Below are positions 1 to 9,777 of a DNA stretch of 64,000 bases, one piece after another. Made by a program: the position numbers and the translations under genes. The first letter of the stretch is position 1, and each line of letters begins with the position of its first letter. The notes beneath the pieces were generated by a model. The model was not told the origin of the DNA, searched no databases, and saw nothing but the letters and a program-made list of their open reading frames with translations. Origin of the DNA: Candidatus Woesearchaeota archaeon (lineage in GTDB: Archaea > Nanobdellota > Nanobdellia > Woesearchaeales > ARS49); NCBI GenBank assembly GCA_037445145.1, contig JBBILB010000001.1, positions 36,637 to 100,636 of the forward strand. Reading direction: 5' to 3'.

Positions 1-186
1 ATGCAAATTGATGGAAGGGAAGAGCAGTTCCAGACAAATGCGGATATAAATGCAATGTATGTTGCAGAGCTTGATTATTTCATAAATGCCCTGAAGAACA
101 AGGAAAGAATGATGAATCCAATAAGTGAGGCAGCAAAAACACTGCAGCACGCGCTTGCATTAAGGGATGCTGGGGTGGCAGAATGA
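1..186 (+). CDS. C-terminal fragment of a protein truncated by the window start (unknown; possibly an oxidoreductase C-terminus)
   Basis: ORF runs to the window edge. It overlaps the next gene's ATG (ATGA at 183) in operon fashion. Confidence 0.3.
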   Translation: MQIDGREEQFQTNADINAMYVAELDYFINALKNKERMMNPISEAAKTLQHALALRDAGVAE

Positions 187-932
187 TAATCGGCGCAATA
201 ATCCAGGCAAGGATGGCAAGCACGCGCCTGCCAGGAAAGGTTTTGCTTCCATTAAAAGGAATGCCAATGCTCCAGTTCCAGATAGAGCGCCTGAAAAAGA
301 GCAAAATGCTCAATAGCATAGGGATTGCCACAAGCAAAAACCCTGAAAACAAGGCAATCATTGAACTCGCAAACAAGATGGGCATTCCTGTTTTTGCAGG
401 AAGTGAAAAAGACGTGCTTGACAGGTATTATCAGGCTGCAAAACAGTTTGGGTTTGATGTTATTGTTCGCATTACAGGTGACTGCCCGCTTGCAGACCCT
501 GCAATTGTTGACAGCGTCATAAAGCGATTCCTTGAAGACAAGGTAGATTACTCCAATAACATTGACCCTCCGACATTCCCTGACGGTTTTGATGTTGAGG
601 TTTTCACTTTTGCAGCCCTTGAAAAGGCATGGAAGGAATCAACAGCCCAGCACCACAGGGAGCACGTTACGGCATTTATTCGTGAAACAGAGGGATTCAA
701 AAAAACGTATGTCCAAAATCCTATCGACCTGTCAAAGCTCAGGCTTACTGTTGACAACAAGGAAGACTTTGAAATAATTTTAAGTCTTGTAAGCTTCTTG
801 CCTGACAATTTTTCCTTGCAGGACGTGCTGAAAGCTCTTGAGGAACACCCTGAGCTGAAAGAGATTAATGCTCGATTTGTTCGTGATGAAAAGTACTGGT
901 CTCAAGTAAGGGAATGGAGGAACAAAAAATGA
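183..932 (+). CDS. Sugar-nucleotide cytidylyltransferase (acylneuraminate cytidylyltransferase / SpsF-like family)
   Basis: N-terminal IIQARMASTRLPGKVLLPL motif is typical of CMP-sugar synthetases. ~250 aa. Confidence 0.6.
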   Translation: MIIGAIIQARMASTRLPGKVLLPLKGMPMLQFQIERLKKSKMLNSIGIATSKNPENKAIIELANKMGIPVFAGSEKDVLDRYYQAAKQFGFDVIVRITGDCPLADPAIVDSVIKRFLEDKVDYSNNIDPPTFPDGFDVEVFTFAALEKAWKESTAQHHREHVTAFIRETEGFKKTYVQNPIDLSKLRLTVDNKEDFEIILSLVSFLPDNFSLQDVLKALEEHPELKEINARFVRDEKYWSQVREWRNKK

Positions 933-2206
933 AGCTTCAGAAGTCGCAGGAATTCCTGAAAAAGGCAAAAGAGCTGATTCCGTGCCAAGCGCAAACCCTC
1001 AGCAAGAACTGGACTCAGTTTGTCCAAGGTGTCTGCCCTGTTTTTTTGCAAAAAGGAAAAGGAAGCCATGTATGGGATGTTGACGGCAATGAATTCATTG
1101 ATTTCATAACAGGACTTGGTGCAATTATTCTTGGCTACAATTATGAGCCAATAAACAATGCAATAACACAGCAAATGAATGAAGGAATATCATTCTCATT
1201 GCCGCACCCGCTTGAGGTTGAGCTCGCAGAGGAGCTGAAAAAAATAATTCCTTGCGCTGAAATGGTCAGGTATGGCAAGAACGGCTCTGACGCAACAGCC
1301 GCGTGCGTGAGGATTGCTCGCGCTTACACAAACCGCGAAAAAATAGCCTGCTGCGGCTATCACGGCTGGCAGGACTGGTACATTACCACCACATCGCGCA
1401 AAAAAGGGGTGCCAAAAGCAATGGACTCCTTGATTTTCACTTTTGAATACAACAAGATTGAGACCTTGAAAAAGATTTTTGCAGACCACCCGGGACAGAT
1501 TGCCGCAGTAATAATGGAACCAATGGGTGTTGAGATGCCATTGCCCGGGTTTTTGGAGCAGGTGCGCGACATTGCCCACCAGAACGGCGCTCTTCTGATA
1601 TTTGACGAGGTAGTGACTGGCTTCAGGGCAGCTCTTGGCGGAGCACAGGAATACTTCAAGGTTGTGCCAGACCTTGCTGCATTTGGAAAGGCATTGGGAA
1701 ATGGCATGCCTATTTCTGTTGTGGCGGGCAAAAAGGAAATTATGAAAGCCTGTGAGGATGTTTTTTTCTCGCTCACTGCTGGCGGTGAAACATTGTCGCT
1801 TGCAGCAGCTAAGGCAACAATCAGGGAAATGAAGGAAAAGAACGTAATCCAGCACATTTGGGCAATGGGCCAGCGCCTGAAGGATGGAGTCATTGCCGCA
1901 ATAAAGGAAAATGATCTCCCAATTGAATGCAAGGGCCTGCCAGTGCATTTTGTGCTGGCATGCAAGGACGCGAGCGGCCAGGAATCATTGGAACTAAAGA
2001 GCCTTTTGATTCAGGAAATGGCAAAGCGCGGCATTTTGATGGGCGGTTATTTCAACACGTGCTATTCGCATTCGCCTGAAGACATAGAAAAAGCACTCAA
2101 GGCAGTCAGGGAGACATTTGCAATAATGAAAAAGGCATTGTCAGAAGGCAACATCAAGAAATATCTTGAGGGTCCTGCTGTCCAGCCTGTTTTCAGGAGG
2201 CTGTGA
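914..2206 (+). CDS. Class III (PLP-dependent) aminotransferase, glutamate-1-semialdehyde aminomutase-like
   Basis: 430 aa. Shows the typical class-III AT segment around the Schiff-base lysine (AAFGKALGNGMPISVV) and GSA-AT-like termini. Start may be the MKLQ ATG at ~929. Confidence 0.65.
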   Translation: MEEQKMKLQKSQEFLKKAKELIPCQAQTLSKNWTQFVQGVCPVFLQKGKGSHVWDVDGNEFIDFITGLGAIILGYNYEPINNAITQQMNEGISFSLPHPLEVELAEELKKIIPCAEMVRYGKNGSDATAACVRIARAYTNREKIACCGYHGWQDWYITTTSRKKGVPKAMDSLIFTFEYNKIETLKKIFADHPGQIAAVIMEPMGVEMPLPGFLEQVRDIAHQNGALLIFDEVVTGFRAALGGAQEYFKVVPDLAAFGKALGNGMPISVVAGKKEIMKACEDVFFSLTAGGETLSLAAAKATIREMKEKNVIQHIWAMGQRLKDGVIAAIKENDLPIECKGLPVHFVLACKDASGQESLELKSLLIQEMAKRGILMGGYFNTCYSHSPEDIEKALKAVRETFAIMKKALSEGNIKKYLEGPAVQPVFRRL

Positions 2207-3319
2207 TTATTTCAACCCTGCCTGTTCCCTTAGAACGTTTATTCCTGCCCTTGCACTTTCAAATGCGTGAGTCCGGTCTTCAAGGAACAGATAGACTGTT
2301 TTTCCTTCCTGTGCTGCGGATATCGCGAGCGCGTGCGCAATTTCCTCTGCATCGCGCGCACACCTGAAACTGCATTCTGTTTCTTTGCCTGTTTCAATCG
2401 CGCAAATCAGGCTTTGAAGCCCTTCGATCACGAATTCACGAGGCGCGTCTATTTTCAATTCTGGCGGAATGCGGTCAACCCTGAAAGGATGAGTCTCGTA
2501 GCCCTGGAACACCCTTGATGGAAGCATTTCCTCGTATTCGATGCGCCAGCCGTTTTCCTTTATGCTGATGCGTGCTTTTGAGCCTGTGAATTCAAGCTCG
2601 TAAATGTATGTGTTGTTTTCCTCCTTTCCCCTGCCTGTCGCAAGAACCTGGACAGATACGTCCCTGTTTTGGGGCGCGAAGTGGTAGCGTATCACTCCGT
2701 CCACGTTTGGGTCAGACCTCGTGGAGAGGTTTGAGATTGGTGAAACAATGCCTGAAACAGAAACTGCCTTGTCAAACAGCTTTGAAAGCAGTGCTGTCGT
2801 GTGCGGGAAAACCGACATTATGCCTCCGCAGTATGTTGTGCGCACTGCCTGCAGGTTTCCTATTCCGCCATTGCGCACGTAATTAAGTATTGAGCGGTGG
2901 CAGGCATCATAATTCCTCAAATAATTCACCTGCATTTTTGTGCCTGATTTTTTCTCAAGCCCTTCAAGCTCGTCAGCCTCTTTAAGCGACAGCACAAGCG
3001 GTTTTTCGCAATAAAATCCCATCACGCCTTTCGCAGCAGCCAGTTCTGCAGCTTCATAATTCACTTTTGGTCCTGCGGCGCAGCAGACAATGTCGGGCTC
3101 CTGCTCGTCAATCATTTGTTTGAAATCCGTGTAAAAGCTGGTGTTGAGTTGTTTTGCCCATTTTGCCTTTGCCGCATCAACATCTGCAATTGCGGCAAGC
3201 TTGGTCCGAGGGTTCTTCAGTATCGCTCCTGCAAAGCTGTAAGTGAAAGGCAAAGGCTCTTCTATGTTGGTCACTCCCATTGGACCGCACCCAATCACCA
3301 CGCACCTGTATTCTCTCAT
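2207..3319 (-). CDS. Gfo/Idh/MocA-family NAD(P)-dependent oxidoreductase
   Basis: N-terminal Rossmann motif VVIGCGPMG with CEKPL catalytic region. 370 aa. Confidence 0.65.
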   Translation of the reverse strand: MREYRCVVIGCGPMGVTNIEEPLPFTYSFAGAILKNPRTKLAAIADVDAAKAKWAKQLNTSFYTDFKQMIDEQEPDIVCCAAGPKVNYEAAELAAAKGVMGFYCEKPLVLSLKEADELEGLEKKSGTKMQVNYLRNYDACHRSILNYVRNGGIGNLQAVRTTYCGGIMSVFPHTTALLSKLFDKAVSVSGIVSPISNLSTRSDPNVDGVIRYHFAPQNRDVSVQVLATGRGKEENNTYIYELEFTGSKARISIKENGWRIEYEEMLPSRVFQGYETHPFRVDRIPPELKIDAPREFVIEGLQSLICAIETGKETECSFRCARDAEEIAHALAISAAQEGKTVYLFLEDRTHAFESARAGINVLREQAGLK

Positions 3320-3393
3320 TGTTTCAAAAACAGTCAGGCGTTTTATAAATCTTCACCACAAAATTTAAAAGCCCTGTTTCAAAAGGTTTTCGT

Positions 3394-5137
3394 CGTGGAA
3401 GAAGAACAGAAGGAAGGGGGAGGAAAAGGCTGGCCCGGGCAGGTAAAAGCGGCAATAGCTGCCGTGGCGGTCTATCTTGCCATTGCTTTCTCGCTTTACA
3501 TAAAGCTCAAGCACCTTCCTGGCCCTTATTATGGCGGTGACCTTTATGCGCATCATGGGTTTGCAATAAACTACATTGCGAATGGCTTTTGGACAGACCC
3601 TTATTTTATCAACAATTACGCGTTTTATCCTTGGCTTGGTAATTACTTGTTCATTGCCTTGAGCTTATTGCCGGGCTTTACGCTGATGAAGGCTGAAATT
3701 TTTGTTGGTTTGCTCACGACAGCGCTCTCGGCAATCGCGTTTTATTTCCTTGGCTGGATTTTGTTCAAGAACCATACGTGGTCATTGGCATTCATGCTTT
3801 TGTCGCTGGCAACAAGGGCTATTCCTGATGGCGCGCCAAACCTTGTTCCTTTAATGATTACCATTCCTTTATGGTTTGCATTCTGGCTTAAGGCGGAGGA
3901 AACAAACAAGCTCAGGGACAAATTGCTTTCAGGATTGTTCATGGGTCTCACAAGCCTTGCCCATGTTGCTTTTTTCCTCGCAGCAATGTTTGTTTTTGTT
4001 TTCACAATCATAGTTGAAACATTAAGGCAGAAGGAAAAGAAAAAAGCATGTGTCGCGGCGCTAAAGATGTACCTCCCGATGCTTTTGGCGGGCTTTATTG
4101 TCTCATTATTGTTTTATGGACCAATAATCGTGCATTATCACGCAAAGACACTCAACCCATTATTCCAGTACAACGGTCCTGACATTGACACGCTGGGTCT
4201 TGGCTGGGCTCTCAGGACGCTTTATGCATACTCATTCAGCTTTTCTTCTGTTGCGGCAGCAGTGCTTAGCATACTCACTGGCATTGGAATGATAGTTTGC
4301 ATAATGAACTGGGGCAAAAAGACTGCCCGGTACGCAATCTTGTGGTATGTTGGTGGCTTCCTTGCCCCATTGCACCACCTTTTGACTAAGCCGTTGCTCG
4401 ACAGGTGGGTTTTGCCTTCGCACATGTGGGGAATCTGGCTCTCGCTGTTCATCTTTGCAGTGTATGGCATAATAACAGTACTGCGGTTTGCGGAAAAAAA
4501 GTGGAATCAGGCGCCGAAAATCATTGCTGTTGGCGTGCTTATCCTTGTAGCAGCCCTTTTTGTCCAGCGCTATGATGAGTATAACGTAAATCCTTGGGTG
4601 CAGTTTGGCGAGCGGCTTGATTCCTCAACGCAGGCATGGCTCTCGCTTGGAAAATGGATGCAGGAGCAAACTAGTCCGAATGCTGTTGTGCTTACAGGAG
4701 ACGAGACTTGTTTTGCAATGAACGGCGTTAGCGGAAGAAAGTGCGTTTTCGTGAGGAGGACCCATGCAAACTATTTTGTTGATGTTGAGCAGAGGTATGC
4801 GGACGGCGTTGTCCTGCTTTACGGCAACAACAGCGAGCTTACAAGAAAATTGCTTGATGATTACCAAGTTGATTATTTCCTGCTTGATTCTTATTATATG
4901 CCCCGCGCCCAGATTTTTGTTGAGCCTCGCTTTGAGGAGTACCTTAAGGAAAACAATGTGACTTACTCAAAGATAAGGGAGCGGAAGGACATTGCCACAC
5001 CGAACGCAAAGGTTTTTGACCTTCTTGCAGTGCCGTTCCAGCCGATGAACAGGCATCTTGAGCCTCTTCTGAGCCCTGCTGCAGAATTTAAGGTGGACGG
5101 CCAGACTTACCTGCAGTTGTTCAGGGTAAACAGGTAA
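3394..5137 (+). CDS. Polytopic membrane protein with GT-C-like architecture (ArnT/PMT/Emb-like glycosyltransferase candidate)
   Basis: More than 10 predicted TM helices followed by a ~170-aa soluble C-terminal domain. The 5' 278 nt of the track ORF overlap the opposite-strand gene and contain no ATG; I chose the GTG at 3394 as start. Confidence 0.4.
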
Positions 5138-5149
5138 TCCACAACTAGC

Positions 5150-5169
5150 GGACAAACTGCGGTTTGTCC
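5150..5169 (+). terminator. Perfect 8-bp hairpin (GGACAAAC-TGCG-GTTTGTCC) 13 nt after the stop, followed by T-rich sequence
   Basis: Inverted repeat read directly from the sequence. An A/T-rich TTTAAAA box follows at ~5196 upstream of the next gene. Confidence 0.35.
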
Positions 5170-5231
5170 ATGTTTCGCTTCACTCAGCGCAACCTTTAAA
5201 AGACGCCCGCAATGTCCATCAAAATAGTATT

Positions 5232-6278
5232 ATGAAACAGAAACAAATTACATTCCTTATCACTGGCGGTGCAGGCTTTCTTGGCCACAACCTTGCGCGT
5301 TTTTTGCTGAAAAAGGGCTGCGGGGTGCGCACGATTGACCTTGGGCCTTTTGATTATCCTGACATAAAGGGTGTCCTGCACTTTCAGGGTGACATAAGGG
5401 ACAAAGACACTCTGAGAAAGGCTGCAATGGGTGCTGACATAATTGTGCATGCTGCTGCAGCGCTGCCGCTTTGGAAGCCTGCGGAGATAAGGTCTGCCAA
5501 CATTAATGGCACAAAGGTTGTTTTTGAGGTTGCTGAGGAGCTTGGGGTTGAGCGTGTTGTTTACATATCAACAACTGCTGTTTATGGCATTCCTGACCAT
5601 CACCCGCTGTATGAGACTGATAAAATGCAGGGGGTCGGCCCTTATGGTGAGAGTAAGGTGATTGCCGAGAGGATTGCTGCGTCATATAGGAACAGGATGT
5701 GTGTTCCAATACTCAGGCCAAAGTCATTCATTGGCGCAGGAAGATTGGGTGTTTTCGATGTCTTGTTTGACTGGGTCAGGAGGGGAAAGAACATTCCTAT
5801 CGTTGGCTGGGGGAATAACCTTTACCAGCTTTTGCACGTTGAGGACTTGAACGAGGCAATATGGCTTGCCTCAACAAAGCCTGCCAAGATTGCAAATGAT
5901 ACTTTTAACATTGGCGCTGAAAAGTTCAGCACTATGAAAAAGGATTATCAGGCGCTGCTCAATTATGCAGGCTTTAGGAGGCGCGTGGTTGGCACTCCAT
6001 CTTGGCTTGTCATTAACATTTTGAAAATATTTGAGGCATTGCACATTTCGCCTTTGTACAAATGGGTTTATGAGACAGCTGACAAGGATTCTTTTGTTTC
6101 TATAGAAAAGGCAAAGAAAGTGCTTGGCTGGAAGCCGAAGTACAGCAATGTTGACGCATTAATCGACAGTTACAATTGGTATTTGCAGCACTACAAAGAA
6201 TACCGGGGCAAGACAGGAGTCACCCACAGGGTTCCATGGAAGCAGGGAATACTAGCCATCATAAGATTGTTTTTCTGA
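5232..6278 (+). CDS. NAD-dependent epimerase/dehydratase (extended SDR)
   Basis: GGAGFLG Rossmann motif with Y/K catalytic region. 348 aa. Confidence 0.7.
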   Translation: MKQKQITFLITGGAGFLGHNLARFLLKKGCGVRTIDLGPFDYPDIKGVLHFQGDIRDKDTLRKAAMGADIIVHAAAALPLWKPAEIRSANINGTKVVFEVAEELGVERVVYISTTAVYGIPDHHPLYETDKMQGVGPYGESKVIAERIAASYRNRMCVPILRPKSFIGAGRLGVFDVLFDWVRRGKNIPIVGWGNNLYQLLHVEDLNEAIWLASTKPAKIANDTFNIGAEKFSTMKKDYQALLNYAGFRRRVVGTPSWLVINILKIFEALHISPLYKWVYETADKDSFVSIEKAKKVLGWKPKYSNVDALIDSYNWYLQHYKEYRGKTGVTHRVPWKQGILAIIRLFF

Positions 6279-6292
6279 GCAGATATTTTGTT

Positions 6293-6374
6293 TATTTATT
6301 CCGAGCGACTGAGTGAGGCTCAAGCTTGCGGAGAGCCGAACTCGGAGCGAGTGTCTCTATGCGAGCGAAGCGAG
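6293..6374. repeat. Intergenic repeat element, copy A (core TTCCGAGCGACTGAGTGAGGCTCRAGCTTGCGGAGAGC)
   Basis: Shares a near-identical ~40-nt core, plus flanking GAGCGA-rich sequence, with 44211..44330. Confidence 0.5.
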
Positions 6375-6405
6375 CTGATTGGAGTCATTAACTTATAATA
6401 AAGGT

Positions 6406-7338
6406 TCAGTGCGGAGAAATCATTTCTTTCGCGTACTTTGAGCACGGTGAGTGCCAGGTTTTCCAGATACCCTCCTCAAAAGGCGTGTACCTGACTCCAA
6501 ACTCCTCGCACCAGTTTTCCACAGGGAATTCGTCGCCTGCAATCAGCGCCTTCATTTGCTCTGGCGTGAATACTGTTTTCCTGAAAACAAGGCTGTAAAC
6601 CCTGAGCAGGAACCCAAAAAGCCACAACGGCAATGGGATAAAGAGCCTTTTCCACCCTCTTGTTTTTGCAATTATCCTGAGAAGATCAATGTAATATATT
6701 CTTTCCCTGCCGATTATGTTCCACGTCTTGTTTTTTGGCTTTCTTTTTGTGAGCTCAACAATTACCATGCATAAGTCATTCACGAATAATGGTTGTCTGA
6801 TGTATTTTCCTGAGCCGGGAACCGGGATTATGGGTGTTTTTTCCATGAAGCGCGTTATCCAGCCAAGGTGTTTTGCGTCAAAGCAGCCGTACATCAACGG
6901 AGGCCTCAGCACAGTGTAAGGCACACAACTTTTCCTGACAAGCTCCTCGCCAATGCGCTTTGTGCGCGTGTATTCGTCTTTTGCAACAGAAATGACAACA
7001 GAAGAGCTCAGGTGTATCAGGTTCTTGATTTTGTATTTTTTGCACGCGTCAAGAACATTCTTCACCCCTTCAACGTTGCTTCTCTCAAAGGGTTTTGCTG
7101 TCTGGGCCGCAATTTGGGCATGAAGCTCTATGACGCAATCAACGCCATGGAATTCCTCCTGCCACTTTCCGGGATAGCTGACGTCTGTCCGAATGCAATT
7201 CACGCTTGGATTAAGCTTTTTGAGGAGTTCAATGTTTTTGTTCCTGTCAATTGCAGTGACTTGATAACCCTCTTTTACGAGCATCGGGATAAGGTTTTGC
7301 CCAACCAGTCCTGCTGCTCCCGTAACAATGATTTTCAT
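6406..7338 (-). CDS. NAD-dependent epimerase/dehydratase or reductase (SDR superfamily)
   Basis: Rossmann motif TGAAGLVG. 310 aa. Confidence 0.65.
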   Translation of the reverse strand: MKIIVTGAAGLVGQNLIPMLVKEGYQVTAIDRNKNIELLKKLNPSVNCIRTDVSYPGKWQEEFHGVDCVIELHAQIAAQTAKPFERSNVEGVKNVLDACKKYKIKNLIHLSSSVVISVAKDEYTRTKRIGEELVRKSCVPYTVLRPPLMYGCFDAKHLGWITRFMEKTPIIPVPGSGKYIRQPLFVNDLCMVIVELTKRKPKNKTWNIIGRERIYYIDLLRIIAKTRGWKRLFIPLPLWLFGFLLRVYSLVFRKTVFTPEQMKALIAGDEFPVENWCEEFGVRYTPFEEGIWKTWHSPCSKYAKEMISPH

Positions 7339-8606
7339 TTGAAGTCCTCAAGCACGCATCTTGCAACTTTTTCGCCACTTTCAAGCGCCACATTCATGTT
7401 CCTGATTTCTGGAAAAGTGACCTGGATTCCTGCGTTGTACAGGCCGGCCACAGGAGTCCTGTATTTTGGAGCATACTTTGCGTAATCCTTGTCATAAATC
7501 GGTTCTGCATACTTGTCCCTGAACACAAGGCAGAACTTGACTTCCATTTTCGGAAAGTATTTTCTTAATGTGGAAAGGTAAAGGTCAGTGATTTCCTCGT
7601 CCGATTTAGGCAGGTCTTCTGTGCTTCCACCATACCTGTCAACCCAGGTTATTTTTGTTTTGTATTTGTCAATCAGCAGAGAGTGCTGGTACATTACGTG
7701 CACGCGCTCGCCAAAGAAGTTTATCCAGTAGTTTTCGGGGTCAAGGAAGTCTTTTGTGCCGAAAAGTATGCCCACGACTGGTGTGTACTTGAGCTTTTTG
7801 AGATTGTCAGCGTATTCTTTTGGGAGGCCTTTCGTGAATTTCATGAATTCCTCAACAGGAATTGTGTTTATCAGGGCGTCATATACTTCTGTGTATTCTT
7901 TTCCTCCCGCCTTGTACGTTATTACTCGCTTTTGCACATCAATATGGGTTGTTTCTGCCTCTCTGATTATTTTGCCCCCTTTTCTCAGAATGTCCTGCTC
8001 AAGCCCGTCAATCAGTCCCTGTATTCCTCGTGTTGGGTAAGTGAATTTGTCATTGAATTCCCTTTCTTTCATCCTGTGCGCGAACTGCTTTGCTGAAATC
8101 ATGCTAAGGGGAATGTTGAACTTGTTCCTTGCGTAGAGCTGATAGTACATTTTTTGGGTTATGCTTCTTCCGCATGCCTTGTTCAGCCAGGTTTCTGCAT
8201 CAAGGTCATCCGGCAACTTGTCAGGGTTGAAGAAATAGGAGACGTAAAGCCCGAAAAGGCCGAACCTTATTTTTTCAACAAGGCTCAAATACTTGAACCA
8301 CAAGTATTTCCATGGCTTGTTGATGTTGTAAACCTTGTTGTTCCACGCTATTGCGAGATTGATGCGCTTCCACTTGTTGTTTCCGAGCAGGTCATAGCGC
8401 CTTAAGTACTCAAGGGTTTTTGTGTTTGTGCGGACAATGTGGTGGTTGAAAATCGGAATCTGCTCTCCGTCAACCTCAACGCTCCTTGCAAGCCCTCCAA
8501 GGAACGGCATTTTCTCAAGTATTGTCACTTCCGCCTTTCCTGAATTAAGTAGCTTGTCAGCTGCTGCAAGCCCTGAAAGCCCGCCACCTAATATCATTAC
8601 CCGCAT
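7335..8606 (-). CDS. FAD-dependent oxidoreductase (PPOX / amine-oxidase / UDP-galactopyranose-mutase-like fold)
   Basis: Dinucleotide-binding motif MILGGGLSGLAAA near the N-terminus. I moved the start to the internal ATG (MRVMILGGG); the upstream 34 codons of the track ORF would overlap the divergent promoter region. Confidence 0.55.
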   Translation of the reverse strand: MRVMILGGGLSGLAAADKLLNSGKAEVTILEKMPFLGGLARSVEVDGEQIPIFNHHIVRTNTKTLEYLRRYDLLGNNKWKRINLAIAWNNKVYNINKPWKYLWFKYLSLVEKIRFGLFGLYVSYFFNPDKLPDDLDAETWLNKACGRSITQKMYYQLYARNKFNIPLSMISAKQFAHRMKEREFNDKFTYPTRGIQGLIDGLEQDILRKGGKIIREAETTHIDVQKRVITYKAGGKEYTEVYDALINTIPVEEFMKFTKGLPKEYADNLKKLKYTPVVGILFGTKDFLDPENYWINFFGERVHVMYQHSLLIDKYKTKITWVDRYGGSTEDLPKSDEEITDLYLSTLRKYFPKMEVKFCLVFRDKYAEPIYDKDYAKYAPKYRTPVAGLYNAGIQVTFPEIRNMNVALESGEKVARCVLEDFK

Positions 8607-8697
8607 GATTCCGCCCACTTGGTAACGATTTATAAAGGTATCGTCAGCAGTTTCGCCTCCCGCAAGCTTAATAAAGCCCCCAAAAGTCGCACAAGGC

Positions 8698-9576
8698 ATG
8701 GGAATCATTGACTACATAAAGCTGTTAAGGCTGCAGCAGTGGTACAAGAACCTGCTTGTCTTCCTGCCGATTATTTTCATTGGCAGAATGTTTGAGTGGC
8801 CTCTTTTGTGGGTTACTTTTTTGGGTTTTGTAAGCCTGTGTTTGTGCTCCTCGTTCAATTACGTAATCAATGACATTGTTGACAGGAAAAAGGACAGGGC
8901 TCATCCTGAAAAGCGCACCAGGCCGATTGCCTCTGGAAGAGTGCCAATAACTGCAGGGCTCGTGATTGCCCTTGTCCTGCTCGCTCTTGGTCTGCGCTTG
9001 GCGTTTGTGCTTGACAAAACATTCTTTTTTGCAGTCGTCTTCCTTGTCGCCCTGACTTTTGTTTACTCGTTTTTCCTGAAAAAAGTGGCTTTTGCTGACA
9101 TAATCGCTGTTGCTGTCAACTTTGTTGTTCGCGCTGGCTCAGGGGCGTTTATTCTGCACGCTGCAATCTCTCCTTGGCTTGTGCTTTGCACTTTCTTTTT
9201 CGCGCTTTTCATGCTTGCGGGAAAGCGGTATGCCGACCTTGAATTCCTTGGCTCAAAGGCTGCAGAGCACAAGGAAACCCTTAAGGTTTACACAAAAGAC
9301 GTCGCGAACGCCCTGATGATTATCGCGACAGCATTGCTTGTTGCAACATACAGCGCGTACGCCCTTCTCAGTAGCCACCCTTGGCTTGCGTTCTCGCTTC
9401 CATTCGCCCTGTTCGTGATATTCCGTTATTTTTCGCTTGTCTACATCAGCTCTCCAATAGCGCGCCATCCTGAAAAGGTTTTCAGAGACTGGAAGATGGT
9501 GATAGGAATGTTTCTTTGGGCGATTGCTGTTTATGCAGCGATTTATGTCTTGCCGAAATTTGCGCAAACTTTATAA
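8698..9576 (+). CDS. UbiA-superfamily prenyl/phosphoribosyl transferase (decaprenyl-phosphate phosphoribosyltransferase-like)
   Basis: 8-9 predicted TM helices with the NDIVDRKKD aspartate-rich motif. Confidence 0.7.
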   Translation: MGIIDYIKLLRLQQWYKNLLVFLPIIFIGRMFEWPLLWVTFLGFVSLCLCSSFNYVINDIVDRKKDRAHPEKRTRPIASGRVPITAGLVIALVLLALGLRLAFVLDKTFFFAVVFLVALTFVYSFFLKKVAFADIIAVAVNFVVRAGSGAFILHAAISPWLVLCTFFFALFMLAGKRYADLEFLGSKAAEHKETLKVYTKDVANALMIIATALLVATYSAYALLSSHPWLAFSLPFALFVIFRYFSLVYISSPIARHPEKVFRDWKMVIGMFLWAIAVYAAIYVLPKFAQTL

Positions 9577-9577
9577 A
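9570..9577 (+). promoter_or_regulatory. TATA box (TTTATAAA) ~20-25 nt upstream of the 5S rRNA
   Basis: Archaeal-type TATA element with A-rich BRE-like sequence upstream. Confidence 0.35.
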
Positions 9578-9595
9578 CACCTCATCGTGATTTCT

Positions 9596-9711
9596 GCACG
9601 GACGGTCATAGGGGCCGGGTCCCACCCGATCCCATTCGAACTCGGCATGTTAAACCGGCTTCCGTACCCGACTGTACTGCATTGCGCGGGAAATCGGGTA
9701 AGCTGTCCACC
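9596..9711 (+). rRNA. rrf: 5S ribosomal RNA (stand-alone)
   Basis: Conserved 5S core GGTCATAGG...CCCACCCGATCCCATTCGAACTCGG...GTTAAAC. Termini base-pair, and a T8 tract follows (9712-9719). Confidence 0.75.
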
Positions 9712-9777
9712 TTTTTTTTCATTAAGAATAAACAACTACCAGTACGAGCTCCTTACAGCCGCGGTGCCAAATGGAAA

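Noticed and set aside
1196-1965. Minus-strand ORFs of 250 and 201 aa
   Set aside because: They are antisense to the class III aminotransferase.
3116-3393. First 93 codons of the 673-aa ORF
   Set aside because: They overlap the opposite-strand Gfo/Idh/MocA gene end-on and contain no ATG. The hydrophobic protein most plausibly starts at the GTG at ~3394.
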